DNA of 6,498 nucleotides from a virus (Duplodnaviria; Heunggongvirae; Uroviricota; Caudoviricetes): IMG/VR virus record IMGVR_UViG_2706794673_000009; one strand, 5' to 3'. Shown piece by piece: positions 1 to 6,197 of this stretch (position 1 is its first letter; each line of letters starts with the position of its first letter). The notes under the pieces were generated by a model. It saw only the letters and a program-made list of their open reading frames with translations, ran no database searches and was not told where the DNA came from. The position numbers and the translations under genes were made by a program.

Positions 1-99
1 TGGGGAATATCTCCCCGGCAGCCTTCAGGGAAAAATATCATCAGATGGCTGCTTAAAAAAAGAACAAATGGTAGTGTCCGCTATTGCCAGTACACCTCA
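1..99. repeat. Left copy of a perfect inverted repeat of at least 99 bp (reverse complement of 6397..6495); may extend beyond the left window edge
   Basis: Base-by-base comparison: positions 1-99 equal the reverse complement of 6397-6495. Identity breaks at 100 versus 6396. The window edge truncates the left copy, so the true length is unknown. Confidence 0.9.
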
Positions 100-133
100 G
101 GATAGCGGTCATGTGATGCCGGTTTCCCGGTAA
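2..133 (+). CDS. 3' end of an ORF entering from the left edge; first 32 codons lie in the inverted repeat and match the right-edge gene, then an 11-codon divergent tail (QDSGHVMPVSR, stop 131-133)
   Basis: Frame is open from position 2. Translation GEYLPGSLQGKISSDGCLKKEQMVVSAIASTP is identical to the right-edge gene segment, then diverges. No Shine-Dalgarno before the internal ATG at 68. May be a truncated duplicate rather than a functional gene. Confidence 0.3.
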   Translation, partial: GEYLPGSLQGKISSDGCLKKEQMVVSAIASTPQDSGHVMPVSR

Positions 134-434
134 CTCAGCACCGGTATCTGAGTCAACGTTTTCTCTACTGGGTCATTTCCGATACGCCCTGCCTGCTGAC
201 AGGCTTTCATCACATCTGAAAATATAGCACCCTGACTGATACTGTAGTACCTAAGGTTCCAGAAACTGTGATGTATCCGGCACAGAAAAGCCCCTCCGGA
301 GAGGGCTGGAGAGTGGCGCTATGTGCCATTGCATGATGCCGGGTGCCTCCCGGTGAATTCAGTACCAGCACCTGAATCCGCGATTATCCCATATACCTAC
401 TCGCTGATTGCCCCTCCGCACAGGGGGATTCACC

Positions 435-495
435 ATGCCAGTTTCTTTTAACAAACTCCCCGCAAAACAGACAACTGTCAACCGTCTGAATTGTG
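435..495 (+). CDS. 5' end of a plus-strand ORF (MPVSFNKLPAKQTTVNRLNC...) running into the N-run; product unknown
   Basis: ATG at 435 preceded by AGGGGGA about 6 nt upstream as a Shine-Dalgarno-like element. Only 20 codons are visible before masking. Confidence 0.25.
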
Positions 496-736
496 NNNNN
501 NNNNNNNNNNNNNNNNNNNNNNNNNNNNNNNNNNNNNNNNNNNNNNNNNNNNNNNNNNNNNNNNNNNNNNNNNNNNNNNNNNNNNNNNNNNNNNNNNNNN
601 NNNNNNNNNNNNNNNNNNNNNNNNNNNNNNNNNNNNNNNNNNNNNNNNNNNNNNNNNNNNNNNNNNNNNNNNNNNNNNNNNNNNNNNNNNNNNNNNNNNN
701 NNNNNNNNNNNNNNNNNNNNNNNNNNNNNNNNNNNN

Positions 737-813
737 NNNNNNNNNNNNNNNNNNNNNNNNCCAGCGACCTGGCGATTATGAGTCGCTCGCTCTCACCACT
801 GAGCTAAAGGGCC
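737..813 (-). tRNA. tRNA with CAU anticodon (Met or lysidine-type Ile2; resembles enterobacterial ileX and phage ileZ-type genes); 3' portion hidden in the N-run
   Basis: Minus strand 813->761 reads GGCCCTT-TA-GCTC-AGTGGTGA-GAGC-G-AGCGA-CTCATAA-TCGCC-AGGTC-GCTGG: acceptor stem, D-arm, anticodon arm with CAT at 778-780, variable loop and start of T-stem. The 3' end near 737 is inferred from normal tRNA length. Confidence 0.75.
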
Positions 814-853
814 GGGAGCCGCATAATAACGACGCGTAATTAATTCTTCAATA

Positions 854-1700
854 TCATCCGTTCTGGCTGACTAAATCCTGTACTTCCCGAACCGTCTGCT
901 CAAAACGTTCAGTCTCCAGCTCAACGCCAATTGCACGACGCCCGAGCGCCAGTGCCGCTTTCACTGTCGAACCCAACCCCATGAAAAAATCTGCAATCAG
1001 GTCACCCGGACGACTGCTAGCGCTGATTATCTGCTGCAGCATTTCTGCCGGTTTTTCGCACGGATGTTTCCCGGGATAGAACTGCACCGGTTTATGCGTC
1101 CACACATCGGTATACGGCACCTGCACCGTCACGCCAAAATACCGCCGCAGATGTTTATATTCACTCAGCAGCTCCGCATACTGCCGGTTCAGTGAGGTAT
1201 ACGTATCCACCAGCTGGTGGTGGAGCTTTTCCAGTTCACCACGCCGATGCTTCTCTTCTGCCACCCGGGCAAACAGCGCCTGTAATTTCAGATAATCGCT
1301 TTCATTCGGCAACTGCCACTGACCGGCACTGAACCAGTGCGACACCATGTTTTTCTTTCCTGTGGCATCTGCAATCTGTTTTGCCGTTATCCCCAGGGCA
1401 GCTCGCGCATCACGAAAGTAAGAAATCAGCGGGGCCATCACATGCTGTTTCAGTGCACTGCCCTTCGCCGCATACCCGGCATCTTTCGGACGATACGGCC
1501 CCTGATAATGTTCCGCGAACAGAATGCGCTCTGTGGCGGGGAAATACGCCCGCAGGCTTTCCTTGTTGCATCCGTTCCAGCGTCCGGACGGCTTCGCCCA
1601 GATAATATGGTTCAGCACACTGAAGCGTTCACGCATCATGATTTCGATATCAGATGCCAGGCGATGACCACAGAACAGGTAAAGACTTCCGGCAGGTTTC
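854..1700 (-). CDS. Beta-class DNA amino-methyltransferase (N6-adenine or N4-cytosine), orphan in this window; N-terminus including the expected DPPY motif lies in the N-run
   Basis: Frame is open from 1700 (edge of masking) to stop TGA at 854-856. Motifs in beta-class order: GSLYLFCG, HIIWAKP, HPCEKP (resembles HPTQKP of M.RsrI-like enzymes), DFFMGLGST (motif I FxGxG) near the C-terminus. No restriction endonuclease candidate nearby. Confidence 0.8.
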
Positions 1701-1998
1701 NNNNNNNNNNNNNNNNNNNNNNNNNNNNNNNNNNNNNNNNNNNNNNNNNNNNNNNNNNNNNNNNNNNNNNNNNNNNNNNNNNNNNNNNNNNNNNNNNNNN
1801 NNNNNNNNNNNNNNNNNNNNNNNNNNNNNNNNNNNNNNNNNNNNNNNNNNNNNNNNNNNNNNNNNNNNNNNNNNNNNNNNNNNNNNNNNNNNNNNNNNNN
1901 NNNNNNNNNNNNNNNNNNNNNNNNNNNNNNNNNNNNNNNNNNNNNNNNNNAGCAGTGGGCCTGAGGTTTGCTTGTGAACCCAACGCATGAGCAGATGG

Positions 1999-2025
1999 CT
2001 GGTGGGTGCCCCTAACACCCACCAG
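1999..2025. other. Perfect 10-bp stem / 7-nt loop hairpin (CTGGTGGGTG-cccctaa-CACCCACCAG) with no adjacent U-tract
   Basis: Directly seen palindrome between the N-run and the terminator at 2041-2068. Confidence 0.8.
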
Positions 2026-2040
2026 CCGCCCATTTACCAC

Positions 2041-2068
2041 AAATAAAAAAGCCTTCACTGCGGAAGGC
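2041..2068 (-). terminator. Rho-independent terminator after the 65-aa ORF
   Basis: Minus strand GCCTTC-cgcagt-GAAGGC followed by TTTTTTATTT. The stem overlaps the ORF stop codon (2055-2057). Confidence 0.6.
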
Positions 2069-2252
2069 GTCTGTAACAACCGAACTGATAGTCTGCCAGA
2101 CCCGCCATAACCAGCTGGGTCAGTATTAACTGGCAGCGTTCGCGTGAAAGGTAAGTATTCTGCGCTATCTCCCCGACTGTCGCCGGTTCGGTAACGCTTA
2201 ATTCATTAAACACCACTCTGGCGGTTTCTGTCATATCCTGCTGTTTTAGCAT
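2055..2252 (-). CDS. 65-aa small protein, probable winged-helix DNA-binding regulator (FaeA/PapI-like pattern)
   Basis: ATG at 2252 with AAGGA 6 nt upstream. The segment TVGEIAQNTYLSRERCQLILTQLVMAGL matches the PapI/FaeA-like signature as recalled (T-x-EIA ... Y-x2-R ... L ... AG). Terminators lie both upstream and downstream. Confidence 0.5.
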   Translation of the reverse strand: MLKQQDMTETARVVFNELSVTEPATVGEIAQNTYLSRERCQLILTQLVMAGLADYQFGCYRRLPQ

Positions 2253-2370
2253 GTCTTTTCCTTTTCCGGTTAACGTGACACACCAATAACTCTTGTCGAA
2301 AAAGCCAGCAAGCTGAAAGACAGGTATTCACCGCCACCAGCGCGTTTACTGTACTGACGCGATTTCAGTC

Positions 2371-2397
2371 ATAAAAAACCCGCTCGGCGGCGGGTTG
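2371..2397 (-). terminator. tR'-like intrinsic terminator about 100 nt downstream of Q
   Basis: Minus strand AACCCGC-cgccga-GCGGGTT followed by TTTTTTAT (7-bp stem). Confidence 0.6.
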
Positions 2398-2443
2398 TAG
2401 AAACTCTTCTAACGTCAGGCATAAAACGCCCATCGTTATAACG

Positions 2444-2471
2444 AATTTACCACAGATTCCGGAAAAATCAA
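2444..2471 (-). promoter_or_regulatory. Candidate late promoter (PR'-like) immediately downstream of Q
   Basis: Minus strand -35 TTGATT (2466-2471), 16-nt spacer, extended -10 TGG-TAAATT (2444-2452). Position between Q stop and the terminator fits the lambdoid late-promoter / short-RNA arrangement; the Q-binding element is not identified. Confidence 0.45.
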
Positions 2472-2476
2472 CCTTG

Positions 2477-3298
2477 TTACCTAGTTACCTTTTTTAACTG
2501 CCGCTCAGCCCATGCTTCTTCAATATCAAACCGGGTCACCAGCGCATCATAAAATTTCTTAACTGTTTTTTCCCATGACGCGCGTGTTATCTGGTTTGTC
2601 ACCTCGCATATAGCATTAAATGCCTCCGTTGATGGTAGTCTTTCATAGCCACGACCACCACAACGCTGGCAGTCTCTGATAACAGGCATACCACGTTTTA
2701 CCGACTCTTCACGATGAATGGCGACACCACGCCCACGGCAATCCTTACAGGCGGTGGAAACCTCACCCTTTCCGCCACACTCCGGACAGGCAACTTTTAC
2801 CACCTCCCTGACTTTTTTCCATTCTTCCCAGTAAGACGGATACACACCTTTCGTACACTTTGCCCATACCGGCGGCTTACCATCCGGATACTGGATCTTG
2901 TTTGTAAAAACCTCGCTTTCAATAAATTTTTTTCCGTGACAGCAGGGGCACTGTTTTTTGCTCGCCGCGCTACGGGCATAATCTTCAAACGCATACGAAG
3001 CCATAATACGCATCACTGCCGGTTTTATTTCTGCCGGGAGTTTTCTTAACGCCGCCACGCGATCACACCGACTGAGTGCATATTCTGTCAGCAATTCTGT
3101 TGCCCGCTCTCTGTCATTCATACTAATGCCCATTTTCCCAAGGAACGCAGAAACCCCCATCTCAGCCCGATTCTGTGTCATGCCCTGCGCGGCCATCACA
3201 TCAGTGATACTCAGCGCATCTTTCGACGTTGAGGCCGATGCATCAGTCAGGCCGGGGGATTTTGGGGAGTAGTATTTCGGTAAATCTTCCAGTTTCAT
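2477..3298 (-). CDS. Late-gene antiterminator Q (phage 82 / QuuD-like family), 273 aa
   Basis: N-terminal LPKYYSPKSP...TDVMAAQGM and C-terminal ...KVTR resemble QuuD-type Q proteins as recalled. Four CxxC motifs, three of them CxxCxGxG. Start ATG overlaps the rusA stop (ATGA at 3295-3298). Located directly after rusA as in lambdoid nin regions. Confidence 0.8.
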   Translation of the reverse strand: MKLEDLPKYYSPKSPGLTDASASTSKDALSITDVMAAQGMTQNRAEMGVSAFLGKMGISMNDRERATELLTEYALSRCDRVAALRKLPAEIKPAVMRIMASYAFEDYARSAASKKQCPCCHGKKFIESEVFTNKIQYPDGKPPVWAKCTKGVYPSYWEEWKKVREVVKVACPECGGKGEVSTACKDCRGRGVAIHREESVKRGMPVIRDCQRCGGRGYERLPSTEAFNAICEVTNQITRASWEKTVKKFYDALVTRFDIEEAWAERQLKKVTR

Positions 3299-3675
3299 TT
3301 TTTGACCTGCCCTTCAAGCATTATGGGATAAATCTTCACCCCCAGACGTCCACCAGATACTGGCTGAGCACGAACGATATTGATTTCATCAAACTGCTCA
3401 TCGTCCATTAGCAACCCCGCATGCGTCAGCGCATCCAGCGGCGCTTTCAGAATATTGTCCAGGTCACGGCGGCGCTTATCCGGTGGTTCTGCAATAATTT
3501 TTATTGCCAACCTTCCGGACAGGCTTAATTTCAGCCGCTGCTGGCGAACAATAAGCGCCACTGCCCGGCGATAACGCTCCCCGGCTTTTGATACAAAATA
3601 TGTGCTGCCACGACGACGCCAGTAAGTGTTCACCGTCGGCGGGTAAGGTAAAACAAATTCTATGCGCTCGGTCAT
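3295..3675 (-). CDS. rusA: Crossover junction endodeoxyribonuclease RusA (Holliday junction resolvase)
   Basis: 126 aa. PYPPTVNTYWRRRG and DKRRRDLDN...PLDALTHAGLLMDDEQ match the RusA N-terminal and catalytic acidic motifs (E. coli RusA has DRRRRDLDN). Start ATG directly follows the upstream stop (TAAATG). Confidence 0.9.
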   Translation of the reverse strand: MTERIEFVLPYPPTVNTYWRRRGSTYFVSKAGERYRRAVALIVRQQRLKLSLSGRLAIKIIAEPPDKRRRDLDNILKAPLDALTHAGLLMDDEQFDEINIVRAQPVSGGRLGVKIYPIMLEGQVKK

Positions 3676-4734
3676 TTATGCTTTCCACTTCAGAACACCC
3701 GAATTTCTCGCGTGCATTAAAAAACGAATCAGCAACAACAGCTGACTGCCGTGTTTCTCTTCAAAATCTTTTACTCCGGCATGTAGTTCGTTACGGCATT
3801 TACGGCATAACGGAATAACAAACAAATCATCAGCCTTTGTTCCCATCCCTCCCAGTCCATGACCAATGATGTGATGCGGATCATCTGCCTGATTGCCACA
3901 CGTCATGCATTTCTGCGTTTTTACCCAGCGCGTGTATACAGGCATCTCTTCCCGTTGTGATTTCTGGCGCTGGAGATACTGAGCCGGTGACTCCGGATCA
4001 ACGGCAATGCTGACCACCGTCTTTTCCTGTGGTGGGTTCTGTTGCTGGTGGACGTGAGGCAGTAACGCAATATTTTTTGTGCGCTGCTTCAGTATGCTGG
4101 TGGCTGTCTGCTCTCCCGGTATGATGTCGCTTTCACTGTACACAGAGCGAATTTTTTCCGCACGCAACCCCAGCGAACGACGTAATACCGCTTCCGGTAG
4201 CGCGTCCGCCACCTGATTGCGGACCGCCCACCAGGATAATTCAGCCAGAGATAATTCACGCTCCTGCGTACCGCTTATTGCGTGACCGATGACGTCAATC
4301 ATCCATGCTGACAGGTTTTGATGAGCAAGTTGCTCGAGTGATTCGGATGTCTGGTCACGCAGCTGGTTGTCGCAGTGCCAGCACAACACCATTGCGCCGG
4401 TACCATAACGGTGAATGACGGTTTCGCTGTGATGATAATCGCCGTGTGGCCACTGGCAGGATTTAATATGGCGCAACAGCCAGTCAGACAATGCACCAGC
4501 ACCACCAGCAGCACGAATCACCCGTGCGTTACTGAAAAACGGCAGCAATGTTTTGTCTTCCACCAGCGGCTGGCGAGCGGCAGGAACGACCCCGGACGGC
4601 AGATTACGCATGCTTTTTGGTTCCGGCTCCACCAGTATTCTGCCGTTATGGAATGCTGACATTGATTCACGGCCTGGCTTAACGATAACCAGACCGAGTT
4701 CCGGTACCAGAACAGGTCGAAGTAATACCCGCAC
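3676..4734 (-). CDS. nin-region DUF968-like protein with C-terminal HNH-like zinc-binding motif (YdfU-like)
   Basis: 352-aa ORF with C-terminal CMTCGN...HHIIGHGLGGMGTKADDLFVIPLCRKCRNELH. Candidate GTG start at 4734 with GGAGG 4 nt upstream; an alternative internal ATG at 4662 has no Shine-Dalgarno. Start is uncertain. Confidence 0.75.
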   Translation of the reverse strand: MRVLLRPVLVPELGLVIVKPGRESMSAFHNGRILVEPEPKSMRNLPSGVVPAARQPLVEDKTLLPFFSNARVIRAAGGAGALSDWLLRHIKSCQWPHGDYHHSETVIHRYGTGAMVLCWHCDNQLRDQTSESLEQLAHQNLSAWMIDVIGHAISGTQERELSLAELSWWAVRNQVADALPEAVLRRSLGLRAEKIRSVYSESDIIPGEQTATSILKQRTKNIALLPHVHQQQNPPQEKTVVSIAVDPESPAQYLQRQKSQREEMPVYTRWVKTQKCMTCGNQADDPHHIIGHGLGGMGTKADDLFVIPLCRKCRNELHAGVKDFEEKHGSQLLLLIRFLMHARNSGVLKWKA

Positions 4735-4735
4735 A

Positions 4736-5091
4736 TTACCTCCAGATCCGTTGCTGGAATGTGCGGGACGGACGCGTTGGCCGTTCGGAGTAAGGGAGCC
4801 TGACGGAGATTATCCAGTGACGGTAGTCGAGGCTAAGGGCTTTTTTAACCTCGCATCCGCGCCTGCGGTAACACTGAATGAGCCATTCGGCCTGTTCTTC
4901 AGTGCATGGGGGATGCTGGTACCAATCAGATTTAAATGCGTGAGAGCGCCGCCCGTGCCTGCTGGCAAAGACGGCTGAATTATCAGAATTGTGTAGTCTG
5001 GAAGGCAGTGGCTGACAATAGCGCCATTCTCAACGCGCACAGTATAGAGGCCATCTTCACTAAAAATTTCACGTAATTCTTCGATTTTCAT
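4736..5091 (-). pseudogene. Hypothetical nin-region gene with an apparent -1 frameshift (or sequence error)
   Basis: ATG at 5091 with AAGGA 8 nt upstream opens MKIEELREIFSEDGLYTVRVENGAIVSHCLPDYTILI..., but that frame stops at 4810-4812. The -1 frame is open from about 5029 to TAA at 4736-4738, has no ATG/GTG/TTG, and ends ...QQRIWR with GGAGG embedded, 1 nt before the DUF968 GTG. Confidence 0.4.
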
Positions 5092-5173
5092 CAACAGAAT
5101 CCTTCCAGATAAATAGCACTCCCCTGTTCGGGGTCCATCCCTCTTCTCCCTGCGCGCTACTTAAGTATTTTTG

Positions 5174-5203
5174 ATTCTATTCCGGCACCATCTAAAACTT
5201 CAA
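5174..5203 (-). promoter_or_regulatory. Candidate sigma70 promoter for the 5091-start ORF
   Basis: Minus strand -35 TTGAAG (5198-5203), 18-nt spacer, -10 TAGAAT (5174-5179). Confidence 0.35.
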
Positions 5204-5207
5204 ACGC

Positions 5208-5243
5208 GTTGAAAATAAAAACAAAAACCCGCCGAAGCGGGTT
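5208..5243 (-). terminator. Strong rho-independent terminator
   Basis: Minus strand AACCCGC-TTCG-GCGGGTT (7-bp GC-rich stem, UUCG tetraloop) followed by TTTTTGTTTTTATTTTC. Confidence 0.75.
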
Positions 5244-5678
5244 AAGTGTGGGTGCATTGAGGATGCCTGCCCCATCAGAGGTGGCGAGGGATTTCTCCCC
5301 CGCCTGGTCTCTTACTCCTCAGNNNNNNNNNNNNNNNNNNNNNNNNNNNNNNNNNNNNNNNNNNNNNNNNNNNNNNNNNNNNNNNNNNNNNNNNNNNNNN
5401 NNNNNNNNNNNNNNNNNNNNNNNNNNNNNNNNNNNNNNNNNNNNNNNNNNNNNNNNNNNNNNNNNNNNNNNNNNNNNNNNNNNNNNNNNNNNNNNNNNNN
5501 NNNNNNNNNNNNNNNNNNNNNNNNNNNNNNNNNTGAGACAGATAGCCTCAAGCACCCGCTGCAATTCTACTTAACTCTCCTTTTCCCGCAAACCGTTTTT
5601 ATCCCCAGCGGCAAATCGAATACACCACCAGCGCCACCGCCATCGCAATTCCTACCGTTGTTAATGCTTCAGGCCAGG

Positions 5679-6023
5679 TCATCGTAAAATATCCTCCACG
5701 CTTATCAGTCCGTTCCGCTCCAGATAACTCATCGCCTTATCCGGTAATTTGCAGTCTGGCTTCGCTTTCCTCAGTTGCCAGGTTAACTGCTTTACCAGCA
5801 TGGTTAACTCATCGACCAGACGCTGATATCCCACTGGTTTGTATTCATGCAATTTACCGGCTGGCTCTGCTGCCAGCGATACCAGTGCGATTTCCAGAAC
5901 AGCAATATCCATCTTATATGTGCGGATGATGTCATGGTCGATTGTGCCCGGTATGCACAGTCTCTGTGCTTCAATAGTCTCCTCTGCGTGAGCTATTAAC
6001 TGCTCTCTGGTAAAAGTCGTCAT
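5679..6023 (-). CDS. Hypothetical phage protein, 114 aa; paralog of the adjacent 55-aa ORF
   Basis: ATG at 6023 overlaps the upstream stop (ATGA). N-terminus MTTFTREQL and motif [10 protein letters not shown] parallel MTTITKERI and [10 protein letters not shown] of the neighbouring ORF. Confidence 0.65.
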   Translation of the reverse strand: MTTFTREQLIAHAEETIEAQRLCIPGTIDHDIIRTYKMDIAVLEIALVSLAAEPAGKLHEYKPVGYQRLVDELTMLVKQLTWQLRKAKPDCKLPDKAMSYLERNGLISVEDILR

Positions 6024-6187
6024 GCCGTAGCCCCTTCTTGATATTTTTCAAACCAGAACACAACCGGCTCTGCTTCCAGCGATGCCAGCGCAATCCGTGC
6101 CAGTTCCATTTGTTCACCACGGGTAAGCCCGTTTTCAAGCGGGTTTTTAATGAACAATTCAATACGTTCTTTGGTAATAGTGGTCAT
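6020..6187 (-). CDS. Hypothetical small protein, 55 aa ([55 protein letters not shown]); below the ORF-track size cutoff
   Basis: ATG at 6187 with AAGGAG 6 nt upstream, stop TGA at 6020-6022 overlapping the next ATG. Paralogous to the N-terminal half of the 114-aa ORF. Confidence 0.6.
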   Translation of the reverse strand: MTTITKERIELFIKNPLENGLTRGEQMELARIALASLEAEPVVFWFEKYQEGATA

Positions 6188-6197
6188 GTGTTACTCC

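Noticed and set aside
408-839. 143-aa plus-strand ORF in the track
   Set aside because: Most of it is translation of the N-run. Only the first ~20 codons from ATG 435 are real, and the far end would run antisense through the tRNA, so only the visible 5' fragment is reported.
1337-1990. Plus-strand ORFs 1337-1990 and 1381-1605
   Set aside because: Antisense to the well-supported methyltransferase frame. The longer one is bridged by the N-run and neither has protein-like composition.
1999-2025. 10-bp hairpin as a rho-independent terminator
   Set aside because: No U-tract follows the stem on either strand.
1636-2079. ORFs 1636-2079 (-), 1650-2033 (-), 1654-1977 (+)
   Set aside because: Continuity depends on translating masked N bases. 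The visible ends overlap terminator and hairpin sequence.
2714-3049. ORFs 2714-3049 (+) and 2797-2994 (-) inside the Q gene
   Set aside because: Alternative-frame or antisense ORFs embedded in a longer, motif-supported gene.
3229-3818. ORFs 3229-3411 (+), 3380-3574 (+), 3476-3688 (-), 3588-3818 (+)
   Set aside because: All overlap rusA or the DUF968 gene in other frames. The RusA catalytic motif defines the true frame.
4299-4978. ORFs 4299-4514 (-), 4375-4659 (+), 4518-4736 (-), 4553-4978 (+)
   Set aside because: Embedded in or antisense to the DUF968/HNH gene. The 72-aa ORF from ATG 4736 is Trp/Cys-rich with only a 2-nt spacer after GGAGG.
5209-5574. ORFs crossing the N-run 5323-5533 (5209-5574 +, 5312-5551 -, 5319-5564 -)
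   Set aside because: Almost entirely masked sequence. A minus-strand gene may begin near 5551-5564, but it cannot be supported from visible bases.
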